64,000 bases of DNA from a virus. Lineage: Duplodnaviria > Caudoviricetes. Each line of letters opens with the position of its first letter. Positions within the stretch are counted from its first letter, which is position 1. Positions 17,883-26,814 of the stretch are shown here, piece after piece. The stretch is from IMG/VR virus record IMGVR_UViG_3300025840_004398; one strand, given 5' to 3'. A model generated the notes under the pieces. It saw only the letters and a program-made list of their open reading frames with translations. It had not been told where the DNA came from and searched no databases. The position numbers and the translations under genes were made by a program.

Positions 17883-19787
17883 ATGGCATCAGTAGTAGGT
17901 AAAACAATTTTTTCAGATGGTAAAGGTAAACTGTTCTTCGGTTATTACAAAACCGATGATGCTGTTGAATTTGTAGATTACAAAACTTGGAAGAAACTTT
18001 CTTTCAAAGATGTATCCAAAGGTGATACCAACAAAGAACGAGTAATCAAAGCAATCGTAAAGAACCAAAAACAATTCAATAAGAAAGTTGATTTCAATAT
18101 GTGGGCTAAGAAACAAAAAAGAAGTTTCGAGGACACTATGGATTGGTTTATCCAAAATGGTTGGATTAATAACGTTACCAAAAGAGGAATTAAAGAATCT
18201 GTTGATGTATTATCAATAAACGAAATATTAGTAATAGTAGATAAGTTTGATAAAAGAAAACAAGATTACGGTAAAATTTATTGGAAAGATGGTGGTAGAG
18301 GACCAGGTGATGGTGATATCAACAAGGCAAAAAAAGAATTTGCTAAATTGAGTAAGAAACACAAAGGTTTATCTCTCGTATCAGTTGGTAGAAATAGCAG
18401 GATGTATGATGTAATGGATGAATCAGTAAACGAAGCAATGAAACCATCACAAGTTCGTTCAGCAATTTCAAAAGTTAAAAAAGGACTAATGAGAAAGTGG
18501 AAACAAAAAGGTGGATACGAAAACTTTGGACAAAAAGAACTTTCTCAAATGAAAGATAAGTTTGATTACAATCCATATGGTTCACCTGATGAAAGACAGA
18601 TTTCAAAGATGTTAGATGGATTTGATGATTGGGCAATGAACTACGATGGTAATATGAGAGAAGGTAAAAAAAGATTCAAAAGACAAGATGGTATTGGTAA
18701 AGCAAAATACACTATCTCTTACCACGATGGAAAAAAGAAACACAAAGATGGTAGTGATTTCTTTGATATGAAAATCTTCAAAAACAAAAAAGATTTAAGT
18801 GATTTTGTTGGTTCACTTGTAAAACAAGGATATAAACTAACAAATGAATCAGTAAACGAAGTTAAATATGATACTGCTCTTGCTGACTTTAATAAAGAGT
18901 TAGAAAAAAACTCTGAAGTTAGAAAAGCAGCAAAACATTACAAAAAATCTACAAAAGATGTTGTAAAGGCATTGCAATCAAAAATTAAAGTAAATAGATA
19001 TAGTGATAAATCTATTAAACAAGTATCTATTGATTATAAAGAAGATGGGCCACTTTCAAGTAAAGTATCTATAAAATTATCTAAAGATTACAAACAAAAT
19101 GAATCAGTAAACGAAGATAGAAATTCTAATATGTTCTATGTTCTTTACCAAAAGAAAGGTGTCTTTGGTAAACCTGCAGCAGCTGGATATAAAGATAGAA
19201 AAGATGCTGAAAAATTTGCTAAGAGTTTAGGAAATAATCACAACACAATGATTCTTGATAAACAATCAATGAAGAATGTAAAAGGTGTTGATGTAAACGA
19301 ATCAGCAAGTAAAGAAGCAATGGGTATTGCAGCATTAACTGGTACTCGTGGTTCTGCGGTTCAAGATTTCATTGATAAAAATAGAATCAATAGTAAGAAA
19401 TTATTTAAAGCATTAAAATCAGCAAACCTACAAGGTAGAATTAACTTCGCTAATGGATTAGCTGGTAAACCTGGTAATCCAAACGCAAAACTTACAATCA
19501 AACTTTTTGGTGAATCAGTAAACGAAGCTAAATTTGGTTACAAAGACTCTAAAGCTTCATACATCAAGAAACACAAAGATGAGTATAAACAAGCAGAGAA
19601 AATGAATAATGGGAATGAAAAACGTTTCTACGATTTGTTACAACAAATGGAAGATAAAGTAGGACATCCTAAAACTATGTTATTTATCTCTAATGCACTT
19701 CGTGGTTATGGTGTTGATATGTACAAAGACCCAAAGATTAAAAATCCACAAGATGCACAAGAGGCTCTTTTCTTATTGAGTAAATAA
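17883..19787 (+). CDS. 634-aa putative polyprotein of about 8 small basic modules separated by ESVNE-type linkers
   Basis: AGGAG at 17872-17876 supports the ATG at 17883 rather than 17724; ESVNE x4 plus related linkers. Confidence 0.8.
   Translation: MASVVGKTIFSDGKGKLFFGYYKTDDAVEFVDYKTWKKLSFKDVSKGDTNKERVIKAIVKNQKQFNKKVDFNMWAKKQKRSFEDTMDWFIQNGWINNVTKRGIKESVDVLSINEILVIVDKFDKRKQDYGKIYWKDGGRGPGDGDINKAKKEFAKLSKKHKGLSLVSVGRNSRMYDVMDESVNEAMKPSQVRSAISKVKKGLMRKWKQKGGYENFGQKELSQMKDKFDYNPYGSPDERQISKMLDGFDDWAMNYDGNMREGKKRFKRQDGIGKAKYTISYHDGKKKHKDGSDFFDMKIFKNKKDLSDFVGSLVKQGYKLTNESVNEVKYDTALADFNKELEKNSEVRKAAKHYKKSTKDVVKALQSKIKVNRYSDKSIKQVSIDYKEDGPLSSKVSIKLSKDYKQNESVNEDRNSNMFYVLYQKKGVFGKPAAAGYKDRKDAEKFAKSLGNNHNTMILDKQSMKNVKGVDVNESASKEAMGIAALTGTRGSAVQDFIDKNRINSKKLFKALKSANLQGRINFANGLAGKPGNPNAKLTIKLFGESVNEAKFGYKDSKASYIKKHKDEYKQAEKMNNGNEKRFYDLLQQMEDKVGHPKTMLFISNALRGYGVDMYKDPKIKNPQDAQEALFLLSK
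18420..19526 (+). repeat. Four exact in-frame copies of GAATCAGTAAACGAA (ESVNE) at 18420, 18846, 19101 and 19512; a 14-nt copy at 17565
   Basis: Read directly; spacings 426, 255 and 411 nt. Confidence 0.9.
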
Positions 19788-20152
19788 TGAAACTCCAAGA
19801 ACTATTTACAGAAATTATCGAAGAAAACAGATGTATCCATTGTGGAAACATTGTTAACGAAGATTTAAAAAATTGGTTTAAATCTAAATGGGTAAACATT
19901 GGTAAAAAAGTTGGTGGAAAGCATCCACCTTGTGGAACAAGTGGTTCAAAGAGTGGATACGCTAAATGTGTTCCAGCTGCAAAAGCAAAAACTATGAGTA
20001 AGAAAGAAAAAGAATCTGCAACTCGTAGAAAAAGAGCAGCACAAAACAAGGCAGGAAGAGGTGGAGTAAATTCACCAGGTCAAGGTAAAAAACCAATAAA
20101 CGTTTCAACACATACTAAAGGAAGAAAATCAGGAACTGGTAAAGGTTCTTAA
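19787..20152 (+). CDS. Small basic Cys-containing protein with an N-terminal tag (MKLQELFTE)
   Basis: CIHC, EDLKNWFKSKWV, PCG...YAKCVP motifs; very Lys-rich. Confidence 0.75.
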   Translation: MKLQELFTEIIEENRCIHCGNIVNEDLKNWFKSKWVNIGKKVGGKHPPCGTSGSKSGYAKCVPAAKAKTMSKKEKESATRRKRAAQNKAGRGGVNSPGQGKKPINVSTHTKGRKSGTGKGS

Positions 20153-20165
20153 AAATAAATTTATA

Positions 20166-20175
20166 TATATTTATA
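20166..20175 (+). promoter_or_regulatory. Putative late promoter box TATATTTATA
   Basis: Recurrent motif upstream of the bS21 gene. Confidence 0.55.
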
Positions 20176-20195
20176 GTTACACTAAATAAAGGAGA

Positions 20196-20522
20196 ATGGC
20201 AAAAAACAAAACATTGGTATCGGTCAAAGTAATAAAAGGAGATATCAACAGAGCACTTAAAAAATACAAAAGAAGAGTTAACGATAGTGGACATCTTCTT
20301 GAACTACGAGATAGAAAAACTTATACAAAACCCAAAACCATTCGTAGGAAAGCAAAACAACAAGCAATTAGAGAACAACAGAAAGAAACTATTCTTGGTA
20401 AAATTGCTGATGGTGATAATACTCTAAGGTTTTATACAAAAAAGAAAAAAACCAAACCAAATAAACCCAAAAATAACAATAATCAAGAAAAAACCATAGA
20501 AAACTATGGTTTAAAAATGTAA
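20196..20522 (+). CDS. rpsU: Phage-encoded ribosomal protein bS21 with a C-terminal extension
   Basis: V.V..GDINRALKKYKRRV..SG.L.ELR.R..Y.KP...RR matches the bS21 pattern; located in the head module. Confidence 0.85.
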   Translation: MAKNKTLVSVKVIKGDINRALKKYKRRVNDSGHLLELRDRKTYTKPKTIRRKAKQQAIREQQKETILGKIADGDNTLRFYTKKKKTKPNKPKNNNNQEKTIENYGLKM

Positions 20523-20526
20523 TTGA

Positions 20527-20688
20527 TATACTTATATACATAATAACCCACCTCTATGTGGGTTCTATTTTATTGGTTTATGAATATCCACGATTCTATG
20601 TAGGATGACCGAAACGACCAATTAGTTTAATTTATACATTGAAAATCCCTTAATATTTTCACGAATAATAACGAAAGGTAACTTTATT
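20527..20688 (+). promoter_or_regulatory. TATACTTATA box plus a roughly 150-nt structured leader upstream of scaffold/capsid
   Basis: Hairpins AACCCAC/GTGGGTT (20545-20564), ATCCCAC/GTAGGAT (20586-20607), TGAAAAT/ATTTTCA. Confidence 0.5.
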
Positions 20689-21879
20689 ATGGCAAATTCA
20701 AATTTGTTAAAAGAAGCCATCGCTGATGCTAAAGCTGTTAGAGAAACTGCTATTGCTAATGCAAAGATTGCACTTGAAGAAGCATTTACTCCAAGATTAC
20801 AATCTATCCTTTCTCAGAAACTTCAACAAGAAATGGAAGAAGAAGTAACTGAAGAAGTAGAAGATGTAAACGAGGAAGAAGTAACTGAAGAAGTTTCTGA
20901 AGAAGTAGTTAACGAAGAAGAGATTGAAGAATCTACTGAAGAAGTTAACGAAGAAGAAATCTCTGAAGAATCTGAAGAAGTAACTGAAGGTGAATACACT
21001 GCAGAAGGTGAAGAGCAAATCACTGCTGAATCAGAAGAAGTAACGGAATCGGAAGAAGTTGATGAAGCTTTATCTGTAACTGTTTCTGAAACTGAGGAAG
21101 AAGAAGAAGCTGATGTAAGCGAAGAGGCTGAAGAAGAAGGTGATGAAGTTGAAGAAACTTATCACGAAGAAGAAGAATCAGATGAAGATGAACTTGATTT
21201 AGAAGCTATCATCAGAGAACTTGAAGAAGAACTCGATGATGAAGAAGAAGAACAAGTTGCTGATATCGCTGATGACGCTGTTGCAGGTCATGAAGATGAT
21301 ATGCACGAAGAAGAAGAAGAAGAAGCTGGTGAAGAAGAAGCTGAAGAAGCTGAGGAAGAAGCTGGTGAAGAATCTGAAGAAGATTTAGATGAAGAAATCG
21401 ACCTTAACGAAATCCTAAGAGAAATGGGATACGGTGAGGAAGAAGAATCTGAAGAAGAAGTTTCTGAAGAAGTTGTAGAAGAAACTAACGAACTTGATGA
21501 GGTTAAAGCAGAATTGGAAGAAGCAATGTCTACTATCAAAGAACTTAAATCTACTATCAACGAAGTTAATTTGTTAAACGCAAAACTTCTTTACACTAAC
21601 AAACTATTCCGTTCTTATGACTTAACTAACGAACAAAAAATGAAAGTTGTTGAGACACTAGACAGAACTGGTAACGTAAGAGAAGTAAAATTGGTATTCA
21701 GTACATTAGCTGAATCATTCAAGTTTACTGGAACTACGAAAAAACAAAAACAAACTGCTAAAATCAACGAATCATTCGCATCTAAGCCCGTTGCTTCAAC
21801 TGCTCCTACTAAGGAAGTAATTACTGAGTCAACTAACACGATGGCTGAAAGATTTAAGAAATTGGCTAATATTAATTAA
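20689..21879 (+). CDS. gp22: Prohead scaffold/core protein (T4 gp22-like), extremely Glu-rich
   Basis: Directly upstream of the MCP; conserved-looking termini (LLKEAIADAKAVRE; EVNLLNAKLLY.NKLF) around a long acidic linker. Confidence 0.85.
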   Translation: MANSNLLKEAIADAKAVRETAIANAKIALEEAFTPRLQSILSQKLQQEMEEEVTEEVEDVNEEEVTEEVSEEVVNEEEIEESTEEVNEEEISEESEEVTEGEYTAEGEEQITAESEEVTESEEVDEALSVTVSETEEEEEADVSEEAEEEGDEVEETYHEEEESDEDELDLEAIIRELEEELDDEEEEQVADIADDAVAGHEDDMHEEEEEEAGEEEAEEAEEEAGEESEEDLDEEIDLNEILREMGYGEEEESEEEVSEEVVEETNELDEVKAELEEAMSTIKELKSTINEVNLLNAKLLYTNKLFRSYDLTNEQKMKVVETLDRTGNVREVKLVFSTLAESFKFTGTTKKQKQTAKINESFASKPVASTAPTKEVITESTNTMAERFKKLANIN

Positions 21880-21904
21880 CAAAATTTATTAAGGAGAGAT
21901 AAAA

Positions 21905-23515
21905 ATGGCAAATTTTGATTTATCTAAACTTATGGAAGGAAAGAACCCACAACAAGTAATGTTGTCTGAGACAAGAGAACTTAGAGGTAAATGGGAACAA
22001 ACTGGACTTCTAGAAGGTTTAAACGAGAGAGAACAGTCTCAAATTTCTGTTCTACTTGAAAACCAAGCAAAACAATTGCTTGATGAGTCAACAGCTACTG
22101 GTACTTCTGCAGGTTCAGAAGAGTGGTCAGGTGTTGCACTTCCTTTAGTAAGAAGAATCTTCGGTGAAATTGCATCGAAAGAATTCGTTTCGGTACAACC
22201 GATGAACTTACCTTCAGGACTTATATTTTATTTAGATTTCAAATACGGAACTGCAACAGGTGGTAAATCTACTGGTGCTGCTGGTTCTTTATTTGGTGGT
22301 ACTGGTGGAGCTACTCCAGCAGCTGGATTCGGTCAAACTCAAGCGGCTGAAAACGGTCTTTATGGTGACGGTGCTTACGGATACACAGTAAACGAAACAT
22401 CTGTAACTGGCAAATCAACTGTATCATGGGGTTCTGCTTCATTGGCTGATGTATCTTATGATTCTTCACTTTCTGCTTCAATTGCAGCTGGTGAAATAGC
22501 AAAAGTTACTATCGCACTTTCTGACTTAACTGGAAACGAAGATAGAGATGCAGTACGTTCATTTAGAATTGCTGATTCAGATATTTCTGATTACTATCCA
22601 GCACATACTTCAGAAGATGGAACAAACATTACTTTCATCGTTAAAGCTGATGGTGCTGCTGACCCAGGTACAATAGATACTATCTATTATTCACTACAAC
22701 CAACTGATATCACAAGAGGTGATTTTGAAGATGCTTCTCCATCTGAACCAGCAACTGATATCGGAATTCCAGAAGTTGACCTTGAATTGAAGTCTGAAGC
22801 AATTGTTGCTAAGACAAGAAAATTAAAGGCAGTATGGACTCCTGAACTTGCTCAAGACCTTAACGCTTACCACTCAATTGATGCAGAAGCTGAATTGACT
22901 TCAATGTTATCAGAGTACATCTCATTAGAGATTGACCTTGAAATCCTTGATATGTTAAAAGCTAACGCTCTTACAACTGAGTACTGGTCAGTAACTTTAG
23001 GTGAAGAGTATGATTCAATCGCAGGAACTTGGTCTAACTCAAGTTCAGCAGCTGCTTACACTAAGAACTCTTGGTTCCAAACTCTTGGTGCGAAACTTAA
23101 CAAAGTTTCTAACAAGATTCACCAATTGACTCTTAGAGGTGGTGCTAACTTCGTAGTTGCATCTCCTGATGTATGTACTATCTTAGAATCAATCCCAGGA
23201 TTTACAGTTTCTGCTGATAAAGATGCTTCATCTTTCGCAGCTGGTGTAACTACTGTTGGTTCTATTGCAAACAGATACACAGTTTACAAAAACCCTTACA
23301 TGACTTCAAACGAAATCTTGTTAGGATTTAAAGGAAGCAACTTCCTTGAAACTGGAGCTGTATATGCACCATATGTACCACTTATCATGACACCTTTAGT
23401 GTACGACCCAACTAACTTCACTCCAAGAAGAGGAGTTATGACTCGTTACGCTAAGAAAATGGTAAGACCAGAATTCTATGGTAAAATCTATGTTAAAGAT
23501 TTAGCTAACCTATAA
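21905..23515 (+). CDS. gp23: Major capsid protein (T4 gp23-like)
   Basis: KWEQTGLLEGL, LPLVRRIF, VSVQPM.LPSGLIFYLDF, RKLKA.WT.ELAQDL.AYH, GAVYAPYVPL, GVMTRY; AGGAG RBS. Confidence 0.97.
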   Translation: MANFDLSKLMEGKNPQQVMLSETRELRGKWEQTGLLEGLNEREQSQISVLLENQAKQLLDESTATGTSAGSEEWSGVALPLVRRIFGEIASKEFVSVQPMNLPSGLIFYLDFKYGTATGGKSTGAAGSLFGGTGGATPAAGFGQTQAAENGLYGDGAYGYTVNETSVTGKSTVSWGSASLADVSYDSSLSASIAAGEIAKVTIALSDLTGNEDRDAVRSFRIADSDISDYYPAHTSEDGTNITFIVKADGAADPGTIDTIYYSLQPTDITRGDFEDASPSEPATDIGIPEVDLELKSEAIVAKTRKLKAVWTPELAQDLNAYHSIDAEAELTSMLSEYISLEIDLEILDMLKANALTTEYWSVTLGEEYDSIAGTWSNSSSAAAYTKNSWFQTLGAKLNKVSNKIHQLTLRGGANFVVASPDVCTILESIPGFTVSADKDASSFAAGVTTVGSIANRYTVYKNPYMTSNEILLGFKGSNFLETGAVYAPYVPLIMTPLVYDPTNFTPRRGVMTRYAKKMVRPEFYGKIYVKDLANL

Positions 23516-23537
23516 TCTTTAGTTTATCATAATTCTT

Positions 23538-23565
23538 AAAAAGGGGACTTCGGTCCCCTTTTTTT
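23538..23565 (+). terminator. Rho-independent terminator after the MCP
   Basis: GGGGAC-TTCG-GTCCCC stem (cUUCGg tetraloop) plus 7 T. Confidence 0.95.
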
Positions 23566-23594
23566 ATTCTACACACTCTCCTTTTTAACTAACT

Positions 23595-23604
23595 TATATT
23601 TATA
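23595..23604 (+). promoter_or_regulatory. Putative late promoter box TATATTTATA
   Basis: Recurrent motif right after a terminator and upstream of an AGGAG-led gene. Confidence 0.6.
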
Positions 23605-23638
23605 GTAGTATAATTGTATAAGTAAAGGAGAGAAATTT

Positions 23639-24790
23639 ATGTCTCAAGCAAGAATTTGGACAGGTTCAACAACATTCACTTCAGGTTCATCAACCCCATT
23701 TGGAATATATGATAGTGATTCATCTTTTCAATCAGACGCACCTAAAGTTGCTTCTTGGTGTGCTAAAAGATTGGGTTACCCAATTATTGATATAGAACTA
23801 CAAGGAGATAATTTCTTTGCTGTATTTGAAGAAGCAGTTTCAGAGTATTCTGCACAAGTAAATCAATTTAATATACGAAACAACCTTGGTTCTCTTGAAG
23901 GAAAACCAACAGGTACAAATTATACTCACCAATCAGTAAATGGTTCTGAATTAAACAATGTAATCACAATCAACGAAGGGTATGGTACTCTTGCAAACGT
24001 TGGTGGTAGAACTGATATTAAAAAAGGATATGTTACCGTAGGAACTGGTTCTCAAGAATATGATTTACAAACTCTTTGGGCAGATGTAAGTGAAAGTGGT
24101 GAAAGAATTGATGTAACCAAAGTATATTACGAAGCAACTCCTGCAATCAATAGATTCTTCGACCCTTATTCAGTAAGTGGACAAGGAACACTTAACTTAA
24201 TTGATGAGTTTGGGTTTGGTTCATTCTCACCAGCAGCACAATTTATATTGATGCCAATTTACGAGGATGCTTTAAGAATTCAACAGATAGAATTTAATGA
24301 CCAATTCAGAAAATCTGCACATACTTTTAATATTGTAAATAATAAAATACAAATTTTTCCAAAACCAACAAAATCATATAACTTATGGTTTGAATACATG
24401 GTTAAAAAAGATTTTAGAGAAAATTCTACTGTTGTATTGGATGGAGTAGTATCAGATTACTCAAACATTGGATATAACTTCGCTGAATACACTAATATCA
24501 ACGATGTTGGTAAACAATGGATTAGAAAATATACACTTGCACTTGCAAAAGAGATGTTAGGTGCAATTAGAGAAAAGTACAATACAGTACCAATTCCTGG
24601 TTCAGAAGTTTCTTTAGATGGTGCAGCTTTAAGAGCAGAAGCACAAACAGAAAAAGATTCTTTAATAGAACAATTGAGAGAAAACCTCAATGAAGTAAGT
24701 AAAAAACAAAGAATGGAGAACGAAGCTGCAATGGTTGACCAACAACAACAAATCATTCAGAAAGTTCCTCTAAACATTTATATAGGATAA
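23639..24790 (+). CDS. gp13: Neck protein (T4 gp13-like)
   Basis: KRLGYPIIDIEL N-terminal motif, WIRKYTLALAKEMLG.IR.KY..VPIPG..V.LDG; position after the MCP. Confidence 0.8.
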   Translation: MSQARIWTGSTTFTSGSSTPFGIYDSDSSFQSDAPKVASWCAKRLGYPIIDIELQGDNFFAVFEEAVSEYSAQVNQFNIRNNLGSLEGKPTGTNYTHQSVNGSELNNVITINEGYGTLANVGGRTDIKKGYVTVGTGSQEYDLQTLWADVSESGERIDVTKVYYEATPAINRFFDPYSVSGQGTLNLIDEFGFGSFSPAAQFILMPIYEDALRIQQIEFNDQFRKSAHTFNIVNNKIQIFPKPTKSYNLWFEYMVKKDFRENSTVVLDGVVSDYSNIGYNFAEYTNINDVGKQWIRKYTLALAKEMLGAIREKYNTVPIPGSEVSLDGAALRAEAQTEKDSLIEQLRENLNEVSKKQRMENEAAMVDQQQQIIQKVPLNIYIG

Positions 24791-24794
24791 AACG

Positions 24795-25355
24795 ATGCCG
24801 AAGTTTTTCAACGCAAAAGATTTGGATTTCATCAAAACTATCTCCGAAGAGATAGTGGATTATGTGGTAGAACAAGCAGTTGTTCTATTCAAGGTATCTG
24901 TTGGTGAAACTAAAACCAATTTATATGGTGAATCGTTGGGAAAAGTTTGGAGAGCCCCTTCTACTTTAATGTGTATTGTGGATAGAGAACCACAAAACAT
25001 TGTTTATGAAGGATTTGGAGCAGATAAAACTCAGACAGTAGAATTTAGGTTCAATATTCAGAGATTGAGAGATACATCTTATTCAGTACCAAAAGTTAGA
25101 GATATAAATGGAACTTTAATACCAACCGAAGCAATCCAAAACACCACAGTTGGTTATCCGGAGATTGGTGATGTTATATTATTTGATGAATCATATTACG
25201 AAGTAGGACATATAACCGCTAACGCATTAGTTGGTGGACAACCTGAGATATACGACCAAGAAAACTCTACATTTGAAGATGCAAGAGCAACTTTAATTTG
25301 TCAAGCAGTTATGGTTAGAAAATCTCAAGTACAAATAGAGGATAGGATTTACTAA
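24795..25355 (+). CDS. Neck/head-closure protein (T4 gp14-like)
   Basis: NLYGES, P..GD.ILF...YYEV; synteny gp13-gp14-gp15. Confidence 0.6.
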   Translation: MPKFFNAKDLDFIKTISEEIVDYVVEQAVVLFKVSVGETKTNLYGESLGKVWRAPSTLMCIVDREPQNIVYEGFGADKTQTVEFRFNIQRLRDTSYSVPKVRDINGTLIPTEAIQNTTVGYPEIGDVILFDESYYEVGHITANALVGGQPEIYDQENSTFEDARATLICQAVMVRKSQVQIEDRIY

Positions 25356-26479
25356 TGGCAGTTGACCCGTTAAGAAAAGTACCCATCAATCGTGGGGAAG
25401 AAATTAAGAGAGAACCTATTGAAATAGGGAAGGGTGTAAAACTCTATGATGTTGATTTAGCAATAGCTGAACACATGATAGATACTGTTGTGCCTACTGT
25501 TGAGGTATTTAGAGAAAAGGTAAAGATACCTGTACTATATGGTAACCCAGAAAGATGGACTTCGGTACAAAAAGAAGGATATCTACGAGATAAGAAAGGT
25601 CAGTTACAGATTCCTTTGATTATGTTTAAAAGAAACTCGATTGCAAGAGATGATTCCTTTGCAAATACAATGAATCGTCATGTTTCTTATTCTAGTGTTT
25701 CTAAATTCTCAAAAAAACATAAATACGATAGATTTTCTCAAATGACTGGTACTCAAAGACCTGTTGAGATTTATGATGTAGTAATGCCCGACTATGTATC
25801 AATTACTTATGAGGTAATGATATGGACCGATTTTACAGAACACATGAATCAGATAGTAGAAGCATTTCAATATGCAACAGATGAGTATTGGGGAGATAAA
25901 AGTGGATTCAAATTTAGAACTCGTATAGATTCTTTCGATAATACTACCGAAGTTGGTGAAGGAACTCAAAGAATTGTTAGAACTTCATTCACAATGGTTG
26001 TAAATGCATACCTTCTACCAGAACAATTTGATAATCGTTCAACTCACAAAAAATCGCTTTCACCAAAGAAAGTTGTTTGGGGTATTGAAACAGATTTAAC
26101 TGGTCTTGGGGGTTCTTCTACAAATAGTATTTCAAAACAAAAAATGTATAATGAATATTCTGATATAATTGATTTTATGTCTATTCGTGGGTCTAAAGAA
26201 GCAACATTCATAGATGCAGACACAGTAAAATTAGAAAATGTAGAGTTACCAAAGTTACCACCGGAATTAAATGGTGTATTTGATACTAACGATTGGTTTA
26301 GAGTTTATATAAATGGAGTATATATTCCACCTACAAAATATACATACAATGGTTCTTATGTAGATAATGAAATTGTATTTAATTTTTCAACAGGTTCATC
26401 AGCAACCACAACCGATTTAGGTTATATACTTGAATCAACAGATGAGTTTGGTGTAACTGGTAAATTTATAGAATTATAA
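25355..26479 (+). CDS. Tail terminator/sheath stabiliser (T4 gp15-like) with a C-terminal extension
   Basis: KIPVLYGNPERW, IPLIMFKR, PDYV.ITYE..IWT...HMNQIVE; synteny. Confidence 0.65.
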   Translation: MAVDPLRKVPINRGEEIKREPIEIGKGVKLYDVDLAIAEHMIDTVVPTVEVFREKVKIPVLYGNPERWTSVQKEGYLRDKKGQLQIPLIMFKRNSIARDDSFANTMNRHVSYSSVSKFSKKHKYDRFSQMTGTQRPVEIYDVVMPDYVSITYEVMIWTDFTEHMNQIVEAFQYATDEYWGDKSGFKFRTRIDSFDNTTEVGEGTQRIVRTSFTMVVNAYLLPEQFDNRSTHKKSLSPKKVVWGIETDLTGLGGSSTNSISKQKMYNEYSDIIDFMSIRGSKEATFIDADTVKLENVELPKLPPELNGVFDTNDWFRVYINGVYIPPTKYTYNGSYVDNEIVFNFSTGSSATTTDLGYILESTDEFGVTGKFIEL

Positions 26480-26814
26480 TGGCTATTAAAGATTTAAAAA
26501 AAATATTAGAACAAGTACATGAACCAAATGAATATCGTTTAGTTCCACATGATATGAATCATCCATTATATTGGATATGGAAACTCGAAAATGGTAAGAT
26601 GAAGGATTTGGATTCTTTTTTAATACCTTTTCGTAAGGAACACGCACGTTTTGATATATTTATAAATGGTCAGTATATTTTAGAAAGAGATTATATAACC
26701 GAACAAGTTGGTAAGGATTTTCATATTAAATTCATAAAAGCTAACTTTTTTGGAGCATATGATTTGGAAACTAGTGATGATATAAAGTTAGAAGGAGATA
26801 TAAATTTAGTATGA
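26479..26814 (+). CDS. Hypothetical virion protein
   Basis: Translationally coupled 111-aa ORF; FDIFINGQY resembles FRVYINGVY in the upstream gene. Confidence 0.65.
   Translation: MAIKDLKKILEQVHEPNEYRLVPHDMNHPLYWIWKLENGKMKDLDSFLIPFRKEHARFDIFINGQYILERDYITEQVGKDFHIKFIKANFFGAYDLETSDDIKLEGDINLV

Noticed and set aside
17565-19526. 15-nt direct repeats as a possible CRISPR array
   Set aside because: Repeats are too short, spacers are 255-426 nt and multiples of 3, they encode a peptide linker, and no cas genes are present
20600-20625. GATGA...GAAAC resembling a hammerhead ribozyme core
   Set aside because: The conserved CUGAUGA is not present (GGATGA), and the spacing cannot form stem II with a cleavage triplet
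20830-21500. GAAGAA-rich low-complexity DNA
   Set aside because: Fully explained by the poly-Glu linker of the scaffold protein
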